Shown here one piece after another: positions 39,700 through 48,727 of a DNA stretch of 64,000 bases (position 1 is the first letter of the stretch; every line of letters starts with the position of its first letter). A model generated the notes under the pieces. It ran no database searches. It saw only the letters and a list, made by a program, of their open reading frames with translations, and was not told the DNA's origin. The position numbers and the translations under genes were made by a program. The stretch spans positions 3,047 through 67,046 of the forward strand of contig JAWOBX010000043.1 of NCBI GenBank assembly GCA_046484125.1, read 5' to 3'. The stretch is from Dehalococcoidia bacterium. GTDB taxonomy: Bacteria; Chloroflexota; Dehalococcoidia; SZUA-161; SpSt-899.

Positions 39700-41409
39700 T
39701 TGAAGATACTACTGGCGGGCAACCCGAATGTCGGGAAGAGCGCGTTTTTCTCCCGGCTCACCGGCGTCAGGGTTACCGCGTCAAACTATCCTGGTACGAC
39801 GGTATCATTTACCAGGGGATACCTGAAGGTAGGTGAAGAAACAGAGGAAGTTATTGACGTACCCGGCATATATACCCTCGACCCCACTTGTAAGGCTGAA
39901 GAGGTCGCCACCGAAATGCTCAAGGATGGCGACCTTATTATTAATGTCGTAGACGCAACCAATCTCGAAAGAAATCTTTTTTTAACCTTGCAGCTGGCCA
40001 GAACCGGCCTTCCGATGCTAATTGCCCTCAATATGTGGGATGACACCAGGCACAGGGGTATAGACATTGACATCGAGAAGCTGGAGGCGTTGCTCGGTGT
40101 TCCGGTCGTACCAACTGTGGCGGTTACCGGGCAGGGAATAAAGGAACTCGTAGAGAGAATTCCCGAGGCAAAACCATCACCTGTCAGTGCCCAAACACAC
40201 GATGAACTGTGGACCACGGTGGGTAGAATAGTTGGGCAGGTTCAGACCGTTATACATCGCCATCACACATGGCGGGAGCGGTTGAGCGACGCGACGATTC
40301 ATTCCTTTACCGGAATTCCCATTGCTCTGGTGATTCTCCTCGCCTCGTTCTGGATAATAAGGCTGATAGGGGAGAGTCTGATAGGTTATGTCTTCGAGCC
40401 CCTGTTCGAAGAAGCATGGGAACCGGTCATAATGAGGTTGAGTGACGCCATGGGCTCAGGCGGGTTCTGGCATGATGTTCTGATAGGCGAGTTGATCGAC
40501 GGAGAGATAGATTTTGTTGAATCATTTGGAATGCTGACTACAGGACTGTTCATTCCCTTCGGGGCGGTTTTACCTTATGTTATCGCCTTTTATCTGGTTC
40601 TTGGAATACTGGAGGACGTGGGATACTTACCCCGTCTGGCCGTGCTGCTGGATAATCTGCTTCACAAGATGGGCATTCACGGTTACTCCATCATCCCAAC
40701 GTTGCTCGGTCTTGGATGCAACGTCCCGGGTATACTGGCCACACGAATACTGGAAAGCCGACGTGAGAGGTTCATTGTCGCCACGCTTATATCCATCGCT
40801 GTACCGTGTGCTGCGTTGCAGGCAATGGTGATCGGTCTGGTGGGCGACGAGGGTATCCAGTACGTAGTAATTGTGTATGCAACTCTATTCGCGGTATGGC
40901 TGGTTCTTGGACTTATATTGAATCGTCTGATAAAGGGATTCACCCCGGAGCTGCTTATAGAAATACCCCCCTACCGCCTCCCGCCAACCCGCATTGTTGC
41001 TACCAAGCTATGGATGAGAACCATTGGATTCCTGAGAGAGGCGATCCCCATCCTGATGGCGGGGATCTTTGTAATAACAGTACTGTACGCGTTAGATGTT
41101 TTCAAGCATATCGCTGAATTCGTGAAACCGGTTGTAAGCGGGCTTTTCGGATTGCCCGAAGATGCCGCCGCGGCACTGGCTATCGGGTTCCTTCGTAAGG
41201 ATATGGCAATCGGTATGCTTGGGGGGCTGGATTTAACGGCAGGACAGCTTGTAGTAGGGAGCGTTGTGCTGGCGATGTTCTTCCCGTGTATCGCCAGCTT
41301 TGTCGTTCTTGCAAGGGAACTGGGTGCGAGGGGGTTGCTGGGAGCTACTGTAATCATGCTCATGGTCTCCCTGGTTGTTGGCAGCCTGTTAAATCTGGGC
41401 CTTTCATAG
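39700..41409 (+). CDS. feoB: Ferrous iron transport protein B
   Basis: The N-terminal G domain (GNPNVGKS, DVPG) is followed by a polytopic membrane domain. The product is 569 aa. Confidence 0.85.
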   Translation: MKILLAGNPNVGKSAFFSRLTGVRVTASNYPGTTVSFTRGYLKVGEETEEVIDVPGIYTLDPTCKAEEVATEMLKDGDLIINVVDATNLERNLFLTLQLARTGLPMLIALNMWDDTRHRGIDIDIEKLEALLGVPVVPTVAVTGQGIKELVERIPEAKPSPVSAQTHDELWTTVGRIVGQVQTVIHRHHTWRERLSDATIHSFTGIPIALVILLASFWIIRLIGESLIGYVFEPLFEEAWEPVIMRLSDAMGSGGFWHDVLIGELIDGEIDFVESFGMLTTGLFIPFGAVLPYVIAFYLVLGILEDVGYLPRLAVLLDNLLHKMGIHGYSIIPTLLGLGCNVPGILATRILESRRERFIVATLISIAVPCAALQAMVIGLVGDEGIQYVVIVYATLFAVWLVLGLILNRLIKGFTPELLIEIPPYRLPPTRIVATKLWMRTIGFLREAIPILMAGIFVITVLYALDVFKHIAEFVKPVVSGLFGLPEDAAAALAIGFLRKDMAIGMLGGLDLTAGQLVVGSVVLAMFFPCIASFVVLARELGARGLLGATVIMLMVSLVVGSLLNLGLS

Positions 41410-41630
41410 TAACATATATTTACAAAACATGAGAGGCTCTGGCGCGCGACTTGAATAATCATACAGGTAACGTTGACAATTCAGGGAGCGAAGTTGCTAT
41501 GAATACCGGATGAAATATTGCCGGAAACCAGTATTGTATCCGGCCTGACTCTCTGGTATACTCTCTTTATCCAGGCAGGGAGACGCCATTACCGGAATAT
41601 GCTGTTAGCAATATATAAAAAGGAGATATC

Positions 41631-41867
41631 ATGACCGAGCCAGTATTTTTGCTAACTGATGGGGAGATAAAGGAGGTAGCCGAGACAGACAACGAGATAT
41701 ATAGCGGTGTGCTTGATATACACAGAGCGGTGGCCAAAGCGCAGTTGCGAAAAATATGGGATAGACTAACGGAGCCATGCAAAGAGCACCCGACAAATGT
41801 GGACCTTCTGATGGAAAGGCAACGATGCCCTGAGTGTATGAGAGAGTTCAAAGAAGAGCTGGATTAA
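41631..41867 (+). CDS. Hypothetical small protein (C-terminal CPEC motif)
   Basis: A strong RBS (AAAAGGAGAT) is 5 nt upstream of the ATG. The product is 78 aa and ends …CKEHP…CPEC…. Confidence 0.45.
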   Translation: MTEPVFLLTDGEIKEVAETDNEIYSGVLDIHRAVAKAQLRKIWDRLTEPCKEHPTNVDLLMERQRCPECMREFKEELD

Positions 41868-41937
41868 ACATAAATTCGTGCTGGTGTCTGTTTTAAATGG
41901 TTGAGACTTCTGATACAATCAATATGCATCCCAAAAC

Positions 41938-42013
41938 GGCTCCATCGTCTAGGGGACTAGGACATCGGCCTTTCAAGCCGAAAACAGGGATTCGAATTCC
42001 CTTGGAGCCACCA
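41938..42013 (+). tRNA. tRNA-Glu (anticodon UUC), CCA encoded
   Basis: A manual cloverleaf gives acceptor GGCTCCA/TGGAGCC, anticodon stem TCGGC/GCCGA with loop CTTTCAA, and T-arm AGGGA-TTCGAAT-TCCCT. The 3' end is ACCA. It is near-identical in layout to E. coli tRNA-Glu. Confidence 0.9.
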
Positions 42014-42225
42014 CTTTATCGAGAGGAAGCTCTTTACGGGCTTTTTCATACAAGTTCAGAGCCTGTGATAATAACCGGGCCAATCGAGCGAGAACTGGCG
42101 GAAGAAATGGCTCCGGGCAATGGAATTCTCCCAGATCAGCAGTTCAAGCCGGGAGAGATATCTTATGGTTAGAGCTGAGTTTTGTAAAAAGATCGGTACC
42201 GGGATACATTTTTCGGGAGGGAGAT

Positions 42226-42573
42226 ATGCACCTTTATGAGGTACTTCAAGACATGAGTGGGAGTGAGGTCGAACTGTTTGAGAATAGAAACACCGGCCGG
42301 CTGGAGATCCGCCCGGCAGCGGAGGGCAGAAAGACAAGCATCTCCGGCCGGTACATCGGGGACGTCGGTGAAGATTATGTTGTAATTGAAGTGAAAACTG
42401 TCGGCGGTACTCATTTTGACGCGTATCCTTTCAGCCAGATAGTACTGCGAGACTGGGACGACAGGCTGGCCGGTGGGAGGCCTTCGAGAAAAAAGGCGGC
42501 ACAGCCGGAGACCGGAACCGGGGGGCAGTCTCAGGGTCCAAGTCGGCAGCGAGACCAGGAATGGCTTAAATAG
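42226..42573 (+). CDS. Hypothetical protein
   Basis: The RBS is GGGAGGGAG. The product is 115 aa with a low-complexity C-terminus. No family was assigned. Confidence 0.4.
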   Translation: MHLYEVLQDMSGSEVELFENRNTGRLEIRPAAEGRKTSISGRYIGDVGEDYVVIEVKTVGGTHFDAYPFSQIVLRDWDDRLAGGRPSRKKAAQPETGTGGQSQGPSRQRDQEWLK

Positions 42574-42857
42574 ACTGCCCATATAGTAAGGCGGTTGACG
42601 GGAAAAGGATGTGGCTAGTGGATGCCGCTGACCACAAGGCCTGAATCGGCCAACGCGGCTCATATAAAATACCCGGTTTCGTGAGATATCGCGGAGAAAC
42701 CGGTAAGATATATCTGCAGGAAATCCCCCATACCCTCAGGAATTTAAAGCGCTTCAGATGCAATCCATTCACCCTGATTAAGCCGAAAAAGGCAATATGT
42801 AAGGCGATCACTTTACATAAAGCGCGGGTGATGTAAATACTGGTGAGGTACCAATAA

Positions 42858-43763
42858 GTGGAAGAACAGATCGAACTGATCGTGGAGGAGACGGGCGGAC
42901 GGCTTGATAGATACATTGCTTCTCATACGGAACTATCAAGGGGATATGTTCAAAAGCTGATAAGGGAGGGGATGGTGCTGGTGGGGGGGAGAACCGCAAG
43001 GCCAAAGCGTAGTATCACGGTGAATGAGAGGATTCATATATCCATTCCTGAGCCTGAAGAAACCGAGCTGGCCGCTGAAAACATATCCCTTAATATTGTA
43101 TTTGAGGATGCCGATGTATTAGTTGTAGATAAACCTGCCGGATTGACGGTACACCCTGGTGCCGGTAAGAAAACGGGGACACTGGTCAACGCGATCCTGG
43201 CCTATTGCCCCGACCTGAGCGGGATAAAAGGTACCGTACGGCCGGGAATAGTCCACCGTCTTGACAAGGATACCTCAGGACTGGTGATGGTTGCTAAAAA
43301 CGACCGTTCCCAGGCAAGTCTCTCTGAACAGGTTAAAAAGCGCGAAATTGAAAAGGGGTACCTCTCGCTCGTATCCGGCGAGCTTTCGCCAGCTGAAGGA
43401 GCGATAGAGGGACCCGTGGGACGCCATCCCGGTGATCGTAAAAAGATGGCAATCGTCTCAGGGGGCAGAGAGGCGGTTACCCACTACAAAGTAGTGGAAC
43501 ATATCGGAAAATACACATTTCTGGAGGTTAGACCGGAAACGGGACGTACACACCAGATTAGAGTCCATTTCTCTTCAATTGGCTATCCGCTGGTGGGAGA
43601 CGCTGTTTATGGTGGTGATACCAGACTGATCAAGAGGCAATTCCTCCACGCGCACCGGCTCGGGTTTCGGTTGCCGGGCAGTGGTGCCTACAGGGTATTT
43701 ACCTCGAACCTGCCGGAGGAGCTGAGTCAGGTGCTGAAAGACATAGCCTTCAATAACGTGTAA
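42858..43763 (+). CDS. rluD: 23S rRNA pseudouridine synthase, RluA family with N-terminal S4 domain
   Basis: HRLDKDTSGL with catalytic Asp is present. The product is 301 aa and the start codon is GTG. Confidence 0.85.
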   Translation: MEEQIELIVEETGGRLDRYIASHTELSRGYVQKLIREGMVLVGGRTARPKRSITVNERIHISIPEPEETELAAENISLNIVFEDADVLVVDKPAGLTVHPGAGKKTGTLVNAILAYCPDLSGIKGTVRPGIVHRLDKDTSGLVMVAKNDRSQASLSEQVKKREIEKGYLSLVSGELSPAEGAIEGPVGRHPGDRKKMAIVSGGREAVTHYKVVEHIGKYTFLEVRPETGRTHQIRVHFSSIGYPLVGDAVYGGDTRLIKRQFLHAHRLGFRLPGSGAYRVFTSNLPEELSQVLKDIAFNNV

Positions 43764-43860
43764 AATGCCGCGTGGTTTGGGAAAACCAGCAGTTAACGAT
43801 GCCGGTCCGAAATTGAGGGTTATACCGGTTCGGCTGATTTCTGTCACAGGCCACTTCAAT

Positions 43861-43890
43861 TTGCTCTGATTAATTCCACTGTGCTATATT
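43861..43890 (+). promoter_or_regulatory. Candidate sigma70 promoter for the crotonase-hbd-thiolase operon
   Basis: TTGCTC-18 nt-TATATT lies about 70 nt upstream of the crotonase gene's start. Confidence 0.3.
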
Positions 43891-43957
43891 ACCCCTTGGG
43901 GTTGGGTTGAGGAGGCTACTACTAATGACGCTCATTCCACTGATTAAGGGGTGTTCG

Positions 43958-44725
43958 ATGGCAGAAGGAGTAATCTACGAGAAAACTGATAGAATCGTAA
44001 CCATAACCTTTAATGATCCCAGGGGCTTTCACTCGATGAGTCCGGAATTGTTCAAAGCCTTCAGCGATGCGTTGATTCAGTTCAGGGACGATGACGACGC
44101 GCTGGTCGCGATCGTTACCGGAAACGGGAAAAAGGCCTTTTGCGCCGGAGCCGATGTAAAGAGTATGATACCAGCCCTGAGGGATAAAGACTACGTGCTG
44201 CCGCCTCTGATAACACGGGGACTTAACATCATGAAACCCGTAATAGCCGCGATCAATGGGCTGGCGCTGGGAGGCGGACTTGAGATCTGTATGGCCTGTG
44301 ATATACGAATCGCCTCTGATAACGCGAGGTTCGGACAGCCGGAGGTCAACCTGGGACTGATGGCGGGGTGGGGAGGGACACAGAGACTGGCCCGGCTTGT
44401 GGGCCCGGGACTCGCATCGGAATTACTCTTCACGGGAGAGCCGATAGATGCGAAGGAGGCGTTACGGATTGGACTGGTGAATAAAGTGGTTGCGCAGGAT
44501 GACTTAATGGCCACTGCCAGGGAGATGGCGGAAAAGATATGCACGAAAGCTCCCCTTGGTATACGGGCTACTAAAGAGGCCATCTATCGCGGACTGAATA
44601 TGGACCTTGAAGACGGGCTATATATGGAAAAGGCCCTGTTCGACTATATCCTGACAACCGAAGATTCATATGAGGGCATAAGCGCTTTTCTGGAGAAACG
44701 TCAGGCCGATTTCAAAAAGAGATAA
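43958..44725 (+). CDS. Enoyl-CoA hydratase (crotonase)
   Basis: Crotonase motifs are present (AINGLALGGGLEICMACD). The start was set at MAEGVIYE, which has an AAGGGG RBS. Confidence 0.8.
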   Translation: MAEGVIYEKTDRIVTITFNDPRGFHSMSPELFKAFSDALIQFRDDDDALVAIVTGNGKKAFCAGADVKSMIPALRDKDYVLPPLITRGLNIMKPVIAAINGLALGGGLEICMACDIRIASDNARFGQPEVNLGLMAGWGGTQRLARLVGPGLASELLFTGEPIDAKEALRIGLVNKVVAQDDLMATAREMAEKICTKAPLGIRATKEAIYRGLNMDLEDGLYMEKALFDYILTTEDSYEGISAFLEKRQADFKKR

Positions 44726-44760
44726 GCTCCGGCATTAGGTAAAAGCCTTAAGGAGGATAG

Positions 44761-45612
44761 ATGGAGATTAAAAAGGTAGGGGTTGTTGGGTGTGGAATAA
44801 TGGGTGGTGGTATTGCTCAGGTTTGCGCTGAATCGGGCTATGAGACGATTGCCCGTGAGATTAATGATGATCTACTGAATAAGGGCATGAAGGTCATCGA
44901 AGGCAACTGGAAAAAGAGTGTCTCTAAAGGCAAGATGACTGAGGATGAGCAAAAGGCTGCAAGAGCAAGGCTTCATGGTACTACAGATATGAAGGATTTC
45001 GCCGGGTGTGACCTGGTAATAGAGGCGGTGGTCGAGCTGATGGACCTTAAAAAAGAGGTTTTTACCGAGCTGGATAAGATAGTTCCTGAAAACGCCATAC
45101 TCGCCAGCAATACATCCTGCCTCTCTATAATTGAGATGGCTTCAGTGACCTCAAAACCTGACAGATTCATGGGCATCCACTTTTTCAACCCTGTGCCGGT
45201 AATGAAGCCTGTGGAGCTGGTAAAAACCATAACTACCTCCGATGAAACGGTAGAAAAGGCCCGGGCATTTACAGGGTCGCTTGGAAAAGAGCCGATTATT
45301 GCCAAAGATACCCCCGGGTTCATAGTAAACCTGTTTCTGATACCGTATCTCCTGCACGCAATCCAGGCATATCAGGATGGACTGGCCACACGTGAGGATA
45401 TTGACAAGGGAGTGAAGCTTGGCTTGAATCATCCGATGGGACCTTTAACTCTGGCTGATTTTGTTGGACTTGACACGACTTATCACATAGCGTGCGCAAT
45501 GTATGAGGAAACGAGAGACCCACGGTTTGTTCCGCCAACACTGCTCAAGCAGATGGTAACAGCCGGATGGATGGGGCGAAAATCGGGAAAGGGTTTCTAC
45601 GATTACAGTTAG
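44761..45612 (+). CDS. hbd: 3-hydroxybutyryl-CoA dehydrogenase
   Basis: An N-terminal Rossmann motif VGVVGCGIMGGGIA and a 3HCDH C-terminal domain are present. Confidence 0.85.
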   Translation: MEIKKVGVVGCGIMGGGIAQVCAESGYETIAREINDDLLNKGMKVIEGNWKKSVSKGKMTEDEQKAARARLHGTTDMKDFAGCDLVIEAVVELMDLKKEVFTELDKIVPENAILASNTSCLSIIEMASVTSKPDRFMGIHFFNPVPVMKPVELVKTITTSDETVEKARAFTGSLGKEPIIAKDTPGFIVNLFLIPYLLHAIQAYQDGLATREDIDKGVKLGLNHPMGPLTLADFVGLDTTYHIACAMYEETRDPRFVPPTLLKQMVTAGWMGRKSGKGFYDYS

Positions 45613-45627
45613 GACGGAGCCGGTGAT

Positions 45628-46920
45628 ATGGAAAGAGAAGTAGTTATTGTAAGCGGGGCACGTACGGCTGTTGGAGCGTTCGGCGGGTCACTGAAAGAGG
45701 TGTCCGCGATTAAGCTTGGAAGTATAGTTATTCGTGACGCTATGCTGCGGGCGGGTCTGAGTCCTGAGCCTTCGAAGGAATGCCTGGAGTGCGGCCCGGA
45801 TATTCTTAAAGGAGAAGGGCCCTGTCAGCTGGAACGGGATTATCACGTATGGAACCAGTCACTGACCCCGGTTCATGTAGATGAAGTGATAATGGGTAAT
45901 GTGTTGCAGGCGGGTCAGGGCCAGAATCCAGCGAGGCAGGCGAGCATATATGCGGGTATGCCAAAGGAATGCCCGGCGTTTACCCTGAACAAAGTTTGCG
46001 CTTCGGGTATGAAAGCAATAATTGCCGGGACACAGGCGATAAAGGCTGGAGACGCGGATGTGATCCTGGCCGGCGGAATGGAGTCAATGAGCAACGCGCC
46101 GTACGCTCTGCCGAAGGCCAGATGGGGCTATAGAATGGATGTCTCATCAAAAGGGGACCTGTATGACCTTATGGTACTCGACGGGCTGTGGGAGATATTC
46201 TACGGGTATCATATGGGTAATACCGCGGAAAACATAGCAAAAAAGTACAATATCGGAAGGGAAGAACAGGATGAGATAGGGCTGCTGAGTCATCAGCGTG
46301 CTCTATCGGCAATAGAAAAAGGGTATTTTGATGAGGAGATTGTTCCGGTTAAAATACCACAGAAGAAAGGCGATGACAAAATCGTAGATAAGGACGAGCG
46401 TCCCATGGAGACGTCGATGGAGAAGATGGCCAGGTTAGCTCCCGCGTTTCGAAAAGATGGAACGGTTACCGCGGGTAACGCGTCCGGGATAAATGATGCT
46501 TCAGCGGCCGTAGTGCTCATGGCCAGGGAAAAGGCGAGGGAAATGGGGATAGAACCATTCGCCTCCGTCAGATCGTATGCGTCGGGAGGGATTGATCCCG
46601 CTTACATGGGTTTAGGCCCAATCCCCGCCACAAGAATGGCTCTCAAGAAGGCGGGCCTGACTATGAATGACATGGACCTGCTGGAGATAAACGAGGCATT
46701 CGCTTCGCAGGCAATAGCTTGTATGAGAGAGTTGGACATAGCAAAAAATGAGGTCAATCTGAATGGCAGCGGTATTTCCCTTGGCCATCCAATCGGTGCA
46801 AGTGGCGCCAGGATGATTGTCAGCGCAATGTATGAGATGAAAAGAAGAGATCTCAAGCTGGGACTGCTAACCATGTGTATTGGAGGTGGACAGGGTTGCG
46901 CGATTGTTCTGGAGAGGTGA
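45628..46920 (+). CDS. Acetyl-CoA C-acetyltransferase (thiolase II) with a roughly 37-aa Cys-containing insertion
   Basis: It aligns along its full length with ThlA (active-site Cys in …NKVCASGM…, …GHPIGASGAR…, …CIGGGQG…) but has an extra CLECGPDILKGEGPC segment after residue 43. Confidence 0.85.
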   Translation: MEREVVIVSGARTAVGAFGGSLKEVSAIKLGSIVIRDAMLRAGLSPEPSKECLECGPDILKGEGPCQLERDYHVWNQSLTPVHVDEVIMGNVLQAGQGQNPARQASIYAGMPKECPAFTLNKVCASGMKAIIAGTQAIKAGDADVILAGGMESMSNAPYALPKARWGYRMDVSSKGDLYDLMVLDGLWEIFYGYHMGNTAENIAKKYNIGREEQDEIGLLSHQRALSAIEKGYFDEEIVPVKIPQKKGDDKIVDKDERPMETSMEKMARLAPAFRKDGTVTAGNASGINDASAAVVLMAREKAREMGIEPFASVRSYASGGIDPAYMGLGPIPATRMALKKAGLTMNDMDLLEINEAFASQAIACMRELDIAKNEVNLNGSGISLGHPIGASGARMIVSAMYEMKRRDLKLGLLTMCIGGGQGCAIVLER

Positions 46921-46939
46921 CCGGCTTAAACAACCTCCG

Positions 46940-47030
46940 ATAAAGTGGTGACCTCTGGGGTCCGCGGCTTTCCTCCCGGATTTACAATCCCCCTTGGGAT
47001 TTGGTGGGAATAATAAGGGTTGGTCAGCTT
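46940..47030 (+). repeat. GC-hairpin intergenic repeat, degenerate copy F
   Basis: AAGTGGTGACCTCTGGGGTCC… shares the 5' core of the family. Confidence 0.35.
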
Positions 47031-47299
47031 TCCTTATTTTGTGACCAAACTCAATGCCGTCCAAATCTGAACCCTTAAACTTCGAGCGGTCCCGGTAGAT
47101 CTTTCTCATGGCGTCGAAGTGGAGCTGGTTGATTAAAAGCCCGGTTTTCCGCTGACTCTCATAGTTGTCAGCTTGTAATCCGCTTGTGTTCTCCTGCGCC
47201 TGAGGAAAGAATAGCGTTATGACAGTGACTGCTGTTAAACTTTACTTTAACATTAAAGAGTGACATTTTGGCAGTCGAACAGCATAATCTAAGGAGACT

Positions 47300-47508
47300 C
47301 TTTTAGTAAGTGGCGACTTCGGGGATCTGGTGGTGTCCGCCAGCTTCAGATTTCCCCCGGGACCGGGGGATTAAAAGGGGTTGATCAGAGGCTCATTAAG
47401 GAATCTCTCAATAAGAGATGACTTCGGGGGTCTGGGGGTGTTCCCCAGCTTCATAAGTCCCCGGGACCGGGGACTTAAAAGAGGTTGATCAGAGGCTCAT
47501 TAAGCAAA
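47300..47508 (+). repeat. Tandem pair of GC-hairpin intergenic repeats (copies B1 and B2) abutting the ispG start codon
   Basis: Two units of about 95 nt are present: AGTAAGTGGCGACTTCGGGGATCTGG…CCCCCGGGACCGGGGGATTAAAAGGGGTTGATCAGAGGCTCATTAAGG and GACTTCGGGGGTCTGGGGGTGTTCCCCAGCTTCATAAGTCCCCGGGACCGGGGACTTAAAAGAGGTTGATCAGAGGCTCATTAAGCAAA-ATG. Confidence 0.6.
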
Positions 47509-48558
47509 ATGATCAAGAGGCGAATATCGCGACCCATAAATGTCGGTGGGGTAAAGGTCGGGGGGGGAGCCCGCGTGGTGATCCAGTCAATGACGAAGAC
47601 TGATACTCGCGACGTTTCCGCCACTCTTAATCAGATTAACCGGCTGGCGGAGTGCGGGTGCGGAATAGTACGTCTTGCCGTTCCCGATATGGACGCCGCC
47701 GACTCACTTGGAAGGATTAAGAAATCTTCACCAATACCATTGATAGCTGATATACATTTCGATCATAGACTGGCGGTTGCTTCCATAAATAGTGGCGTTG
47801 ATCAAGTCAGGTTCAATCCGGGCAATATCAGGGGAGACGAAAAAATCGCTGAGATCGTCAGGTGTGCCAGCGAAAGATCTCTGCCACTTAGAATAGGCGT
47901 AAATGCCGGAAGTCTGGCGCACAAGCGGGATGAGGCGGAGCTCGCCACCTTGATGGCCGAAGCGGCATTGGACCAGGTGCGGCTGCTGGAAGATATGAAC
48001 TATGATTTGATCGAAATATCCCTGAAGGCATCGGATGTGATGACCACAATCGAGGCGAACAAGCTGATCGCATTGAAAACGCCGTATCCGTTGCATATTG
48101 GAATTACCGAGGCCGGGTTGCCGGGTCCCGGCAGCATACGCAGCGCGGTGGGACTGGGGGTTTTGCTCTATGAGGGACTGGGTGACAGCTTGAGAGTTTC
48201 ACTCACTACGCCGGATCCGTGTGAAGAGGTGCTGGCTGGCCTGGATATCCTTCATTCACTGGAACTGATGGACAGTACTCCCAGACTCATAAGCTGCCCC
48301 ACATGCGGGCGTTGTGAGGCGGAAGGATTCTTCGAACTGGCAGGAGCGATCGAAAAGGAATTGAGGAAGCTGGAGAAACCGGTAACGGTGGCGGTGATGG
48401 GTTGTGTGGTCAATGGCCCCGGGGAGGCGCGAGACGCTGATGTTGGTCTGGCCTGCGGCAGGGGGAGAGGTGTGATCTTTAAAAAGGGTGAAAAGGTCGC
48501 TACTGTTGAAGAAACCGAGTTCTTTAGCGCCCTGATGAAGGAAATAAGTGTGTTGTAG
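47509..48558 (+). CDS. ispG: 4-hydroxy-3-methylbut-2-en-1-yl diphosphate synthase (flavodoxin)
   Basis: The TIM-barrel region and the C-terminal CPTCGRC [4Fe-4S] motif are conserved. The ATG sits at the end of repeat B2. Confidence 0.85.
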   Translation: MIKRRISRPINVGGVKVGGGARVVIQSMTKTDTRDVSATLNQINRLAECGCGIVRLAVPDMDAADSLGRIKKSSPIPLIADIHFDHRLAVASINSGVDQVRFNPGNIRGDEKIAEIVRCASERSLPLRIGVNAGSLAHKRDEAELATLMAEAALDQVRLLEDMNYDLIEISLKASDVMTTIEANKLIALKTPYPLHIGITEAGLPGPGSIRSAVGLGVLLYEGLGDSLRVSLTTPDPCEEVLAGLDILHSLELMDSTPRLISCPTCGRCEAEGFFELAGAIEKELRKLEKPVTVAVMGCVVNGPGEARDADVGLACGRGRGVIFKKGEKVATVEETEFFSALMKEISVL

Positions 48559-48644
48559 CGGATCATATGGTCCGGAAATCGTCATCATCGAAAATTGCTT
48601 GTGAGGACTGATGATCAAACCTTAGGTAAGCTGAAAATCAAGCA

Positions 48645-48700
48645 ACCTTTCAGAGTAAGTGGTGACTCCGGGGGATCCGGTCGGTCAGAGGTTTCAGACG
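48645..48700 (+). repeat. GC-hairpin intergenic repeat, truncated copy C
   Basis: CCTTTCAGAGTAAGTGGTGACTCCGGGGGATCCGG… has the 5' core only. Confidence 0.35.
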
Positions 48701-48727
48701 ATTTCCATGTAATTAGAGGGAAAGGAA

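Noticed and set aside
41897-42172. 91-aa ORF (MVETSDTINMHPKT…)
   Set aside because: It overlaps the tRNA-Glu gene on the same strand. Its translation is simply the tRNA read as codons.
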